A stretch of DNA of 64,000 nt from an uncultured archaeon (GCA_964347045.1 CAYFXC010000010.1:17312-81311); one strand, 5' to 3'; shown: positions 30,013 through 40,828, counted from the stretch's first letter. A program made the numbers and translations. Notes: generated from the sequence alone by a model not told the origin.

Positions 30013-32211
30013 TTATGGAAATCCCAGTCCGATGAGTATCCAGTTTGCCATACCACCGAAAAGAATGGCAAGGGAGATGGTTGTAAAGGCAAGCATGATT
30101 GTATATCTCCAGCGGTATTCACGCGCAAGAACTGCAATTGTTGCAATACATGGAATATAGATCGTAGTCACAAGAGCGAAGACAAATAGTTGACGTGCTG
30201 TCATAAAAGCATTCAGAGGACCATTTGCGAGGATGATTAAGAGTTCGACAGTGAGTTCTTTTCGAAGAATCCCGTAGATTAAGGCTGCGGCAGTTTCTGG
30301 AGGTAGACCAAGCCACCCGACAATGAGGGGGGCAGTCATGAGGCTAAACATGTGTAGATAGGAGAATTGCGGAGTAGGAAAATTTAGTAGAAGTCCCAGA
30401 ATTGCACCACCTATGATGATGAGGGGGAGTGCTATGAATACAAACTCACGGAAGCGCATCCATGTTTTTTTCATTGTAGGCTTAAATCGGGGTGCACGAA
30501 GTGGAGGTATTTCCATTACGAGTCCATGAGATGCACCAGGAAGAGTATGCTGAAGAAGTGCTCCTAATCCTATGATAATTGCAAGGACGATACCAAGAAT
30601 AATGAAGGCAAAAAAGATTGAGCCGAATAAACCTACAGTTCCAAGAATAACAGCAAGTTGAGCCGAACAAGGAACGAGAACTACAAGCAATCCAGCAATG
30701 ATTCTTTCTCTACGAGTATTGAGAATTCGTGTACTGAGAACAGCAGGTACGTTACAGCCCATTCCGGTGAGTAAGGGAATAATTGCCCGTCCATGCAGCC
30801 CAAGGCGATGCATGAAGGCATCAAGTAAAAATGCAATTCGAGCCATATAGCCTGTGTCTTCGAGAATGGAGAGGATAATGTAGAAGGTGGCAACGAACGG
30901 AACAGCTATGAACAGCCACGCTTGGATTCCGAGTACAAGTCCAAAATAGAGAATGATTTGGATAATTGGCGATGGAATGAAAGCTACAATGAGGTATTGA
31001 GCTGTAGGGTTGATGAAGGTTTCCCAGAATTCACCTAAAGTTGCTTCAAAAATAGCTCCTACACCGAACATAAGTAGGATGGATCCAATGAGAATTAGCA
31101 TTGCAATAGGGAGTCCAATCATTCGATGAGTAAGTATAGTTGAAATTTGCTCAGTTAGGGGAACTCGTTCTCCTTTCCCTTTTTGGACTTGTTCAGTAAT
31201 GTATATTGTATATTGATGCCGTTTTTCTCCAAGTACCAAAACGATATCTGCATCAAATTCTCTTTCGATTTCTTGCCGAGTTGCATCAACAAGTTTCATC
31301 GCTTTTTCTGATTCTAGTTCTTCCTCGACATAATCCCCACATTCAGCATATTCTTCAAGAAGTTGTAGAGAGAAAATTCGTAATGGCAAGCTAGCTAGTC
31401 GTATCTGCATTTGACTAAGTTGTTGTTCTAACTTCCGGAGTTTAGCTTCAATACCATCTGGGAATAGTAATCGCCGTGGGTGTTGACGAGATTTTTCAAC
31501 AGAACCGGCTTTTGCAGCAGTACTTAGTAGCAGTTTCAGATTTTTTCCCTGAATTGCCACAGTAGGAATAACAGGAACTCCCAACAAGGTTTCAAGTTTT
31601 CTTTCATCAATTTCAATACCCATTCGTCGGGCAAGATCCACTTGGTTTAAACAAACTACAAGCGGGATATTAAATTCTAATAATGCAGTGGTAAGAAGAA
31701 GGTTTCGAGCGAGGTTGGTAGCGTCGACAACGTTGACGATAACATCAGGAGTGTCTTGTTGCAGGTACCTGAGGGTGACTTTTTCATCTTTAGTTGCTGG
31801 ACTAATGATAGTATAGGAGCCTGGTAAATCCACAATATCAAGACTTATCACTTCTGATTCTGCTTTAAAATCGTTTTTTGTCCATCTACGAAATCGGCGA
31901 CCAAATCTCTGTCTTCTCCTCCCGCGCTGAGGCGGGTCAGCTTCTTCAGTATTAGATGATGTTTCCCATTCCCTAGTTTCAGTAAGTCCCTTAGGCGAAT
32001 AAATATCGTGATGGGCAAGATAGACTTTGCCTTGAAGAATTTTTACGGTTGTACCGGGATAATTCGAAACAATGGCACCAAGACCAGTCCAATAATTGAA
32101 AATAACGCTTTTCCCAACATTTGGTTGACCAACTAAGCCTATTCGTATATGATCCTTTTTCTGATGTCGAATTAGTTGTCGTTGTTTTCCCTTTCGGGAA
32201 ACCTTCACCAT
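30013..32211 (-). CDS. feoB: Ferrous iron transporter B
   Basis: GQPNVGKS, NYPGTTV, DLPG, NQVD, LEDTGYMAR, GCNVPA, PCSAQ, MEIPP, YIPC. Confidence 0.96.
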   Translation of the reverse strand: MVKVSRKGKQRQLIRHQKKDHIRIGLVGQPNVGKSVIFNYWTGLGAIVSNYPGTTVKILQGKVYLAHHDIYSPKGLTETREWETSSNTEEADPPQRGRRRQRFGRRFRRWTKNDFKAESEVISLDIVDLPGSYTIISPATKDEKVTLRYLQQDTPDVIVNVVDATNLARNLLLTTALLEFNIPLVVCLNQVDLARRMGIEIDERKLETLLGVPVIPTVAIQGKNLKLLLSTAAKAGSVEKSRQHPRRLLFPDGIEAKLRKLEQQLSQMQIRLASLPLRIFSLQLLEEYAECGDYVEEELESEKAMKLVDATRQEIEREFDADIVLVLGEKRHQYTIYITEQVQKGKGERVPLTEQISTILTHRMIGLPIAMLILIGSILLMFGVGAIFEATLGEFWETFINPTAQYLIVAFIPSPIIQIILYFGLVLGIQAWLFIAVPFVATFYIILSILEDTGYMARIAFLLDAFMHRLGLHGRAIIPLLTGMGCNVPAVLSTRILNTRRERIIAGLLVVLVPCSAQLAVILGTVGLFGSIFFAFIILGIVLAIIIGLGALLQHTLPGASHGLVMEIPPLRAPRFKPTMKKTWMRFREFVFIALPLIIIGGAILGLLLNFPTPQFSYLHMFSLMTAPLIVGWLGLPPETAAALIYGILRKELTVELLIILANGPLNAFMTARQLFVFALVTTIYIPCIATIAVLAREYRWRYTIMLAFTTISLAILFGGMANWILIGLGFP

Positions 32212-32230
32212 TCACCCGCTCCGAAAGAGT

Positions 32231-32974
32231 CTATTTAGAAAGATTACGATGGACTCGTATTCGTTTCGCAAGGGTAGAGCTTAAGGCAAAATGGGCAGTT
32301 CCTACTTCAATAAGGAGGGTGTCTCCAATTGGGGAAATTTGGATAACACGGACAGTTTCACCAGGAAGTATACCCATTGAAGAAAGCATTCTTAGTATAT
32401 CGATATTCTCATCGCTGATACAATCGATGATTGCTGTTTCGCCTTGTTCTAGGGCAGCCAAATTTAATTTTGATCGAGAAGATACAGTTCCATCCGAGTC
32501 TGGAATGGGATTGCCATGTGGGCACCTAGCAGGGCCTTCGAGCTTTTCGAGAACTTTGTTACAGAGTTCTGGAGTGAGCATGTGCTCCCATTCACAAGCA
32601 ACTTCGTGAGCTTCCTCCCAGCTAACTCCTAAAAGGTCAACAAGAAGTCGTTCTGCAACTCGATGACGACGCAGGACATCGAGTGCAAGTTTCCGACCCT
32701 TCGCGGTTAAGCGCACTCCTTTATTTTTCTCATATTTCAAATAGGATTTCTCAGCCAGCTTTTGCACCATTTGTGTCACACTTGCCGGTTTAACATTCAA
32801 AGCTTCGGCAAGCTCACCAGTTTTGGCATATTTTTCATCGTGTTGAAGAAGCCGAAAGATTGCTTCAAGATACTCCTCAATATTCGCACTTGGAATATCG
32901 TATTTGCTGGTTATAGGTGAAGAATTGGGATCTTCTTTTTTAGCTTCTAGTTGGTTTTGAGGATCAGGAGTCAT
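32231..32974 (-). CDS. DtxR/IdeR family metal-dependent repressor with FeoA domain
   Basis: EEYLEAI, SVTQMV, RRHRVAERLL, EACEWEH-like, CPHGNPIP, C-terminal FeoA/SH3. Confidence 0.93.
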   Translation of the reverse strand: MTPDPQNQLEAKKEDPNSSPITSKYDIPSANIEEYLEAIFRLLQHDEKYAKTGELAEALNVKPASVTQMVQKLAEKSYLKYEKNKGVRLTAKGRKLALDVLRRHRVAERLLVDLLGVSWEEAHEVACEWEHMLTPELCNKVLEKLEGPARCPHGNPIPDSDGTVSSRSKLNLAALEQGETAIIDCISDENIDILRMLSSMGILPGETVRVIQISPIGDTLLIEVGTAHFALSSTLAKRIRVHRNLSK

Positions 32975-32981
32975 ATCACAA

Positions 32982-32999
32982 ATTTAGGCGAGCCTAAAT
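32982..32999. promoter_or_regulatory. DtxR-type operator
   Basis: ATTTAGGC-GA-GCCTAAAT perfect inverted repeat between the minus-strand TATA (TTTATA) and the start codon; TTAGG/CCTAA arms are typical of DtxR boxes. Confidence 0.75.
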
Positions 33000-33038
33000 A
33001 TAAATTTTTACATATTGTTAGGGGTGCCAAAATAGTCA

Positions 33039-33950
33039 TCAAACAAAACCTAGCACCTGAGCACACATAAGAAAATATAACACGAATGAACCTACATCAC
33101 CCCACCTATCCGTAATATCGTCTACGTCATCACGTTTTGCAGGTTTACCATTCAAATATAATTGTGATATAATCTGCCGAATACCTAAATCATCAGCGGG
33201 AAAAACTTCCAGTCTTCGAAGGCCTGTTAAAACGGCCAACTCGGCGGTCCACCTACCAATCCCTCGAAGTGCATCAAGCTGGCTGAGTATAGAATTTGTA
33301 TCAAGCATACTTAGCGCTTCTAGTTTCAAAGAGCCTGAAGAAATCGCCTTAAAAAGCCCAATCAGATATGGAGCCTTATATCCAAGTTTACAAGCTCTCA
33401 ATTCTGCTTCAGATAGGTTCAACAAAGTTTCCAATGAGGGAAAGCCAAACAGTTTGTCATCGCCAATATAGCATTGCGGACCATAGTCCAGCACAAGCCT
33501 CCGAGTTACTTGATTTGCTGATCGAAAACTCACCTGCTGCTGTAAAATCGCTTTCACTATAGCCTCAAACAAAGTCGGTTGACTGAAGGGTCGAAGACCA
33601 CGTAGAGGTTCTTCGAGGTGCGCAATAACTGGATCCTTCATGATTTCTTTCAGTACAGGTTGAGTATCAATATCCCACCCTAAAAGCCATTCAATTGAAG
33701 TCAAAATTGATCCATAATCACTTCCAAATTTCGCAGGCCATTGCAACTGAAGACTTGGATTCGCTCCTTTCCGAAGCTGAATAACGCGAACAGGAATCAA
33801 CGCATTATTAATTGGTAGGCATCGAGCAAACTCCCCAGGTCGTTTTTTCTCTGGCGTAGGTTGAATATCAGAGAATACCCAACTATCCACGGTTAAATCC
33901 AAATCAAAAGGTCTTTCAAGTTCCACCTGAAACCCATGAATTTCGGACAT
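33039..33950 (-). CDS. AlkA-like DNA-3-methyladenine glycosylase (HhH-GPD)
   Basis: AILQQQVS, LRGIGRWTAE HhH, FPADDLGI. Confidence 0.9.
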   Translation of the reverse strand: MSEIHGFQVELERPFDLDLTVDSWVFSDIQPTPEKKRPGEFARCLPINNALIPVRVIQLRKGANPSLQLQWPAKFGSDYGSILTSIEWLLGWDIDTQPVLKEIMKDPVIAHLEEPLRGLRPFSQPTLFEAIVKAILQQQVSFRSANQVTRRLVLDYGPQCYIGDDKLFGFPSLETLLNLSEAELRACKLGYKAPYLIGLFKAISSGSLKLEALSMLDTNSILSQLDALRGIGRWTAELAVLTGLRRLEVFPADDLGIRQIISQLYLNGKPAKRDDVDDITDRWGDVGSFVLYFLMCAQVLGFV

Positions 33951-34121
33951 TCATCCACCGGCTTCACTGATTGCCTGAAGACATATTTTATCTTATGCTT
34001 CTCGCTTAAAAAAATGTTAAAGCACATGTTATCAGTTGTTATAGTATGTGGAACAACAGTTCACAACACTTTTAGCCTTATAGATCCAAATAGCAATAAT
34101 GTTTTTGGAAGTGAAATACAA

Positions 34122-34502
34122 ATGGCAATGCTTGGAGTTCAACGTATCATGACAGGACAAAATGTTGAAGCGAGCGACGTGATGCACTGTTTTCTTGGAT
34201 TACGTACTCTTGAAATAGACGTGTACTTCTACCTTCTTAAAGGCCAAGCTACTGTAAAAGAAGTTGCAGAAGCCCTCGGGCGTAATCGTAGTTCAATACA
34301 ACGAGCCATCCAAAACCTTGTTCAACGTGGATTTGCCCATCGCCGAACTCGTACTTTGCGCAAAGGCGGATATGTATATGTTTATGAAGCGGTCAGCTTA
34401 GTTATGATGAAGGATTTGATAAAAGGCGCCCTTGATTCATTTTATCAGCAAATCGAAGAATTTCTGGATCAATACTGGACCGAATCATCAAAAACAACCT
34501 AA
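34122..34502 (+). CDS. HTH transcriptional regulator (TrmB/MarR-like)
   Basis: CFLGL, TVKEVAEALGRNRSSIQRAIQNLVQRG, GGYVYVY. Confidence 0.85.
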   Translation: MAMLGVQRIMTGQNVEASDVMHCFLGLRTLEIDVYFYLLKGQATVKEVAEALGRNRSSIQRAIQNLVQRGFAHRRTRTLRKGGYVYVYEAVSLVMMKDLIKGALDSFYQQIEEFLDQYWTESSKTT

Positions 34503-34620
34503 TCGGTTGTTCATTGTTGTGGCACTATCGACAACTTTATATTCAAACGACTGTACACACACTTCAAGACTGTGAAAAAGAATATATTTCCTTTTACAGC
34601 ATAATAGACGGTGAAAAGAA

Positions 34621-34848
34621 ATGGCGTCAATTGGCTGCCCATTTTGTACAAAGACTGGCGTTGCTATGGTTATAACCAGCTTAGCACTTGTTCTCCTTAG
34701 CATAACGACAACCATTCCTTGGATAGCCATCTTAGGCCTAGTCTTCCTCATTGCCGCATACATCGTCCCTAGTATAGTGAGTGGAAAAAGCTGCCATGAA
34801 GAAGGCTGTACAAACCCCTCACACAAACATGGAGAGGAAAACTCATAA
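34621..34848 (+). CDS. Small 2-TM protein with CPFC and a His/Cys tail
   Basis: GCPFC, two TMs, SCHEEGCTNPSHKH; TAATG-coupled to thioredoxin. Confidence 0.75.
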   Translation: MASIGCPFCTKTGVAMVITSLALVLLSITTTIPWIAILGLVFLIAAYIVPSIVSGKSCHEEGCTNPSHKHGEENS

Positions 34849-35267
34849 TGAGCGAAACTCCCGATCCTGAACTGACCCGATTACGTGAACAAAAAATTAA
34901 GGAGTTACGAGTCAAAAGGGCAACACAATCCAAAACCCCAAACACGGCTCCAAATAAAGTACTTCACCTTTCCACCAACGATTTCGACCAAACCATCAGC
35001 AAAGGCATCACCCTAGTAGACTTCTTCGCCGTATGGTGTGGACCCTGCAAGATGATGGCCCCTGTGATTGATCAACTTGCCCAAGAATATGCTGGGCGAG
35101 CAAAGGTGGCAAAACTTGATGTTGATCAGAATATCGAAATTGCGATGCGATACCGCGTGCAAGGCGTCCCAACATTTGGTATCTTTAAGAATGGCGTGCT
35201 GGTCCACCGTATTGTTGGTGGTGTTGGCTATCAGCCTTTGAAAGCCGCTCTTGATTCATTTCTTTAG
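34848..35267 (+). CDS. trxA: Thioredoxin
   Basis: VDFFAVWCGPCK, KLDVD, VQGVPT. Confidence 0.95.
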   Translation: MSETPDPELTRLREQKIKELRVKRATQSKTPNTAPNKVLHLSTNDFDQTISKGITLVDFFAVWCGPCKMMAPVIDQLAQEYAGRAKVAKLDVDQNIEIAMRYRVQGVPTFGIFKNGVLVHRIVGGVGYQPLKAALDSFL

Positions 35268-35381
35268 GCTCTGCCAGTTAGTGAAACCTGACAGTTGACT
35301 AGACTTCGCCATTTACGGCAGTAGTAAGTTGATTGTTAGATTTTTCTTTTAAGAAAAGAAATATCATTATAAAGTACTAGT

Positions 35382-35512
35382 GAGCGACTAATTTTAGAAC
35401 ACATTCCTTCCGTGTTCAGGTGGTTCAAACTCAAGCAGCTCCGAAAATTTTTTATTGTCAATTCGGATTTTCGTGAGCTGCTGGACCACCCGAGGAATGT
35501 CTAGAGTTGCTT
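35382..35512 (+). ncRNA. Long structured RNA or 5' leader upstream of grpE
   Basis: Six nested helices (about 46 bp) whose wobbles are G-U on the plus strand. Confidence 0.55.
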
Positions 35513-35615
35513 CATGCTGACTTCAGACTATATGGGAATCGGGTAGCAGCAGCCACATTTACCTCTGCAGCATCGACGGTTTGTTGCAATAAAACCTGAA
35601 AGGAGAATTCGGTTA

Positions 35616-36278
35616 ATGACAGAAGACCCGCAAAAGATAAGCGAAGCACTAGAAATCGCAAAAGACAAGAAGCTAGCTGATGATCCAAACCCTAGGAAAA
35701 AAACACCAACCGAATCTAAAAAACCCAAGAAGCTAACTAAGAAGCAATTGTTGCAAGCCTTGGAAGAGGCGCAAACAAAAGTAGCGAAATACAAAACCCA
35801 GCTCGCTTATGTGCAAGCAGAACATGAAAATTATGTAAAATCAATGGAGCGTCGAGAAGTAAATCTCAGGCTTCAAGCGAATCGCGATTTGATTCTAACA
35901 CTATTACCAATTTTAGACGATTTAGAACGATCACAATTGATGGTTCCCCGAATTGAAGCGAATGACCCATTTATTGAAGGGCTTAGCATGCTAGTGGATA
36001 ATCTAAAATCTGCTTTAGCACAAGCAGGCGTCACACCGATCGAATGCACGGGGGAATCCTTTGACCCCTTACGTCATGAGGCTGTGGTACGCGAAGAATC
36101 CACGAAGGTTCCTCCGAATACTGTGGTAGAAGAATTGCGCAAAGGATATCTTCTCAAGGGATCCCTTTTACGACCTTCCATGGTTAAAATTGCGATTGCT
36201 CCTAATACACAACCACAAGCAGAGCAAAAGATTGAAGAGCCACAAGAATCTGCAAACAATGTATCAGAAAAGAAATAA
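35616..36278 (+). CDS. grpE: Nucleotide exchange factor GrpE
   Basis: [31 protein letters not shown]...LRPSMV. Confidence 0.95.
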   Translation: MTEDPQKISEALEIAKDKKLADDPNPRKKTPTESKKPKKLTKKQLLQALEEAQTKVAKYKTQLAYVQAEHENYVKSMERREVNLRLQANRDLILTLLPILDDLERSQLMVPRIEANDPFIEGLSMLVDNLKSALAQAGVTPIECTGESFDPLRHEAVVREESTKVPPNTVVEELRKGYLLKGSLLRPSMVKIAIAPNTQPQAEQKIEEPQESANNVSEKK

Positions 36279-36310
36279 CAATCTATGATTTAGAAAGGAG
36301 AGTTGAAAAA

Positions 36311-38215
36311 ATGGTTAAAATTATTGGAATAGATTTGGGAACGAGCAACTCAGCTGCAGCTGTGATGCGAGGAGATCGCCCTGTCATCATTCCCAGCGCT
36401 GAGGGTCCCACCGTTTCTGGGAAAGCCTTTCCCTCATATGTGGCCATCACAGATGATGGCAATCGACTTGTTGGTGAACCGGCCCGACGTCAAGCAGTAG
36501 CGAACCCTGAGGGTACAGTTACTGCTGTAAAGCGGAAAATGGGAACTCGTAAAAAGGTTAAGATTCGAGATAAAACCTTTACACCAGAAGAGGTCTCTTC
36601 ATTCATTCTTCGAAAAATAAAAACCGATGCCGAAGCGTTTCTCGGAGAACCAGTCATTCAAGCAGTTATCACTGTTCCTGCGTATTTTAATGATAACCAG
36701 CGCCAAGCGACAAAAGATGCAGGAGAACTTGCAGGTCTTGAAGTAGTTCGGCTGATCAACGAACCCACCGCTGCTTCATTAGCATATGGTATTGATAAGC
36801 TCGATAAGGATCTTCGAATCCTGGTGTTTGACCTCGGTGGTGGAACATTGGATGTGACCATCATGGAATTTGGTCCAGATCCAGAAACAGGAAGCGGGCT
36901 TTTTCAAGTAGTATCAACAGCGGGAGATACTCAACTTGGCGGAACTGACATGGATCTCGCGATTGCTGAATGGCTAGCTGATGAATTCAAAGGAGAGCAT
37001 GGCATGGATCTTCATGACGATCCCACTGCTTGGCAACGGCTCATTGAAGCCGCGGAGAAAGCTAAAATTGAGCTATCCAATGTCATTGAGACAGAAATCA
37101 ACTTGCCGTATCTGACAGCTGATAAAGGTGGACCCAAACATCTCCAACGAAAAATCACGCGAGCAAAACTAGAGGATCTTGTTCGAGATATAATTGATCG
37201 CTGTGACGGTCCTATGCGACAAGCTATCAAGGATGCCAAACTGCGACCTAACGAGGTTGATAAAATCATTCTCATTGGTGGACCTACCAGAATGCCTATT
37301 GTTCGACAATATGTCGAAAAGTTCATTGGTAAGAAAGCGGAGCGGGGCGTAGATCCAATGGAAGCAGTTGCTCTCGGTGCAGCCATTCAAGGTGGCGTAA
37401 TCACGGGCGATGTCAAAGACCTGCTTCTGTTAGATGTCACTCCACTTTCGCTTGGTGTAGAAACCAAAGGAGATATCATGACACCCATCATCGAACGCAA
37501 TACGACTATTCCTGTTGAACGTAGTCAAATCTTTAGTACAGCAGCAGATATGCAAACTGTTGTAACTATCCATGTGTTACAGGGTGAACGATCTAGGGCA
37601 AGTCAAAATATTTCACTTGGCCAATTCAATCTAACAGGAATACCACCAGCACCAATGGGTGTACCACAAATTGAAGTTACCTTTGACATTGACGTCAATG
37701 GCATTCTCCATGTTAAGGCTAAAGATCTTGGGACAGGAAATGAACAGAAAATCACCATTTCCGCTTCGACCAAATTAACTGATGAACAAAAGGACCGAAT
37801 GGTAGCAGACTCTGAAAAATATGAAGAAGAGGATAAGCGCTACCGCGAAGAAGTTGAAGAGCTTAACAAGGCAGAGTCATTGGTCTATTCCGCTCGGAAG
37901 ACGATTAAAGAACTTGGAGACAAAATCAGTGAAGAAGATAAACAGAAGGTCGAAGAAGCAGCGAACCGGTTAGAAAAAGCGGTTCAGGAAAAGGATTTAG
38001 CAACCACTAAAAAAGAGATGGAAACACTCACCGATATTCTTCAAGGTATTGGAACCGCAGTATATCAACAAGTTGCAGAGGAACAGGCTCGGGCTCAAGC
38101 ACAAGAAGGAGTTGCTGATGATTCTGATTCGGAGCCCAAGAAGAAAAAGAAGAAGAGTAAAGAGAAAGTTGTAGACGCCGATTATGAAGTTGTGGACGAC
38201 GAGGACAAGAAGTAA
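36311..38215 (+). CDS. dnaK: Chaperone DnaK
   Basis: [38 protein letters not shown]. Confidence 0.98.
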   Translation: MVKIIGIDLGTSNSAAAVMRGDRPVIIPSAEGPTVSGKAFPSYVAITDDGNRLVGEPARRQAVANPEGTVTAVKRKMGTRKKVKIRDKTFTPEEVSSFILRKIKTDAEAFLGEPVIQAVITVPAYFNDNQRQATKDAGELAGLEVVRLINEPTAASLAYGIDKLDKDLRILVFDLGGGTLDVTIMEFGPDPETGSGLFQVVSTAGDTQLGGTDMDLAIAEWLADEFKGEHGMDLHDDPTAWQRLIEAAEKAKIELSNVIETEINLPYLTADKGGPKHLQRKITRAKLEDLVRDIIDRCDGPMRQAIKDAKLRPNEVDKIILIGGPTRMPIVRQYVEKFIGKKAERGVDPMEAVALGAAIQGGVITGDVKDLLLLDVTPLSLGVETKGDIMTPIIERNTTIPVERSQIFSTAADMQTVVTIHVLQGERSRASQNISLGQFNLTGIPPAPMGVPQIEVTFDIDVNGILHVKAKDLGTGNEQKITISASTKLTDEQKDRMVADSEKYEEEDKRYREEVEELNKAESLVYSARKTIKELGDKISEEDKQKVEEAANRLEKAVQEKDLATTKKEMETLTDILQGIGTAVYQQVAEEQARAQAQEGVADDSDSEPKKKKKKSKEKVVDADYEVVDDEDKK

Positions 38216-38315
38216 CTAAGATAATATTCTTGTATTCAGTAATTGGGCATATCGGTTGAGACAGAACAAATAAAAACCTAGTCTAGATTCGGTTACCCAA
38301 ATATGGTGAGCTAGC

Positions 38316-39428
38316 GTGAGTTATGGTAGCAATCAAAAACGAGATTATTACGAAGTGCTTGGTGTAGAACGGAAAGCTACCAAAGAAGAAATTAGAAAAG
38401 CGTATAGAAAGCTTGCACTGAAATTTCACCCAGATCGGAATAAAGAAGCTGATGCTGCAGAGAAATTCAAGGAAGTCTCTGAAGCCTATGCAATTCTTTC
38501 AGATGACGAAAAGCGGCTCCAGTATGACCAATTTGGGCATGCTGGGATTCACGGACGATATAGTGCTGAGGATATTTTTGGTGGGATTAATTTCGAAGAT
38601 ATTCTGCGCAGTTTTGGATTAGGTGGGAGACTTGGCGGTGTCGGTAGCATCTTCGACTTCTTAATGGGTCGAGGAGGACGAAGAACTTCACGTCGCGATC
38701 AGGCAATAGATCTGCGATATGATATGAATATTACATTAAAAGAAGCTGCGACAGGTATTGAGAAGGAAATCACGCTCAAGCGCGACGAGCAATGTCCGAA
38801 ATGTGGAGGAACAGGGGGAGAACCCGGAACACCTCTAAGAACCTGTTCCCGTTGTGGTGGGCGAGGCGAGCTTCGACAAGTCCAGCAAACCATGTTTGGA
38901 CAGGTTATTCGTGTTGCTACATGTCCGGGATGTTATGGTCATGGTCAAACGGTAGAAACGCCCTGCTCTGAGTGTAGAGGAAAAAGAACCGTTCGAGAAA
39001 AACGAAATATTCGAGTCCAAATACCACCAGGAGTTGAATCAGGTTCAATGCTTAGGCTTAGGGACCAAGGAGCGTCACAGGAAGGAGGAAAACCTGGCGA
39101 CCTTTATGTTGTTGTCCATATCAAGCCTGATAAAATCTTTCAGCGTGTAGGCGACGATATCCTGATGGAATTACCCATTTCAATAACCCAAGCTACATTA
39201 GGAACTGAACTCGAGATCCCAACTCTCCTTTCCAAAGCAAAATTAAAAATCCCTGCTGGCACCCAACCAGATACAATTCTCCGTCTAAGAGGACAAGGCA
39301 TGCCTCGTGTCCGATGGCGAGGAAATGGGGATCAATTAATTCGAATTAAGGTAGATGTTCCCAAAAAACTCAACAAACATCAGCGAGACCTTTTGGAACA
39401 ACTTGCAGATGAGCTTGACAGAGATTAG
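38316..39428 (+). CDS. dnaJ: Chaperone DnaJ
   Basis: J domain with HPD, G/F-rich region, four CxxCxGxG-type repeats. Confidence 0.97.
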   Translation: MSYGSNQKRDYYEVLGVERKATKEEIRKAYRKLALKFHPDRNKEADAAEKFKEVSEAYAILSDDEKRLQYDQFGHAGIHGRYSAEDIFGGINFEDILRSFGLGGRLGGVGSIFDFLMGRGGRRTSRRDQAIDLRYDMNITLKEAATGIEKEITLKRDEQCPKCGGTGGEPGTPLRTCSRCGGRGELRQVQQTMFGQVIRVATCPGCYGHGQTVETPCSECRGKRTVREKRNIRVQIPPGVESGSMLRLRDQGASQEGGKPGDLYVVVHIKPDKIFQRVGDDILMELPISITQATLGTELEIPTLLSKAKLKIPAGTQPDTILRLRGQGMPRVRWRGNGDQLIRIKVDVPKKLNKHQRDLLEQLADELDRD

Positions 39429-39432
39429 CTCG

Positions 39433-40809
39433 TTAATCAGCTTTGGCAACTACTTGAATATCACTGAATTGAATTGAAGGAGCTATGAGTGATCCACCTG
39501 CACCAACAAGATAGCTCCGGATATCACTTCCAACTACGTCAACCTTTTTGATGAGATCAAATGCATTGCCAGCTAGCATTAATCCATGCACTGCACCTGT
39601 AAGTTCGCCATCAATGATGCGAAAAGCAGGATTTCCAACAACGCTATAATCACCAGTTTCTTGGTTGGATGAATGAGCACCCTGTAATCCTTTGATAAGG
39701 TAGCCAGATTTAATATCGCTAAGTATATCTTCTAGTGCATGTTTTCCACCAAGGACAACCATATTCGTAGGAGCTGTATCGACAACACCTGTACGAAGAT
39801 TACGCGTGGCGTTTCCAGTACTAGTTACACCATGACGTTGGGCCCAATAGTTGTTCCAGAGGAATGAACGGAGTTTTCCTTTCTCAATAATAGAAGTACT
39901 TTGTTGGGGAATCCCCTCACCATCAAAGAGTCCTGTAGCATATCCACCTTTAATGAGTCCATCATCAGTAAACGAAAGCGTTTTGGAGGCAATTATATCG
40001 TCTTTTTTATCCGCTAGTTGGGATTTTTCACGGACAACATTTTCACCTTTTATGGCTGGCATGAATGCATGAGAAAGAAGAGAACCTAGAGCACTAGCTG
40101 CAAAAACAACAGTCCCTGATTCAGTTTCCCCTTTAGCATGCTGCTTTGCAAGCAGAACATCTTTCACAGTATTATTGACAACATAATCTATGTCCAGTTG
40201 AAAATTCCGATTGACATCAACCGACCATACAGAAGGAGTCATACCTGAATCAGTTGGAGCTACTAATACTGCATATGCATAAACACCCGTTCCACGATCT
40301 GTAGTAGAGATTCCATTAGAGTTGGCATAAGCCAACCAGCCATAGAATCCCCCAGTTCCCGCTTCGCCGATAACAATCTTTGAATCTTTCTTCATGATGT
40401 CGCTTGTCATTTTTGTTGCTAAATCAACGAAAACACCGGGATCTTTTTCTGGAATTGAACCATCCCAAGTTCCAGTTAGTTTTGCATACTTGCCCTTTGT
40501 AGCGAAATCTTTCCAAGTTTGATCGGGAGTACTGGCCTTTGCAGCAGCAATTGCTCGTTTCACAGATTCTTCGATGGTTTCTTGCATCAGCCGATTAGTG
40601 TAAGCTGAGCCCAATTGATTATTAATTACGACGCGGATTGATGCCCCCGCTTCTTGAGATTTTATTGCTTTGTTGATCTGCCCAAGAGCGACTTCACAGC
40701 TGATTTCGTAATTATCCTGTAATAGAATCTCGATTTGATCTACCTTATTGGAACCATATGCTAGGGCTTTTTCAGCTAGATGTAGAAGCGTTTGTTCTTT
40801 GTCTTTCAT
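39433..40809 (-). CDS. pmbA: TldD/PmbA family protein (PmbA/TldE subunit)
   Basis: FDGEG, STGNA, TGDYS; no HExxxH; AAGGAGG before ATG 40809. Confidence 0.88.
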   Translation of the reverse strand: MKDKEQTLLHLAEKALAYGSNKVDQIEILLQDNYEISCEVALGQINKAIKSQEAGASIRVVINNQLGSAYTNRLMQETIEESVKRAIAAAKASTPDQTWKDFATKGKYAKLTGTWDGSIPEKDPGVFVDLATKMTSDIMKKDSKIVIGEAGTGGFYGWLAYANSNGISTTDRGTGVYAYAVLVAPTDSGMTPSVWSVDVNRNFQLDIDYVVNNTVKDVLLAKQHAKGETESGTVVFAASALGSLLSHAFMPAIKGENVVREKSQLADKKDDIIASKTLSFTDDGLIKGGYATGLFDGEGIPQQSTSIIEKGKLRSFLWNNYWAQRHGVTSTGNATRNLRTGVVDTAPTNMVVLGGKHALEDILSDIKSGYLIKGLQGAHSSNQETGDYSVVGNPAFRIIDGELTGAVHGLMLAGNAFDLIKKVDVVGSDIRSYLVGAGGSLIAPSIQFSDIQVVAKAD

Positions 40810-40828
40810 TATCTTTTCATCCTCCTTC

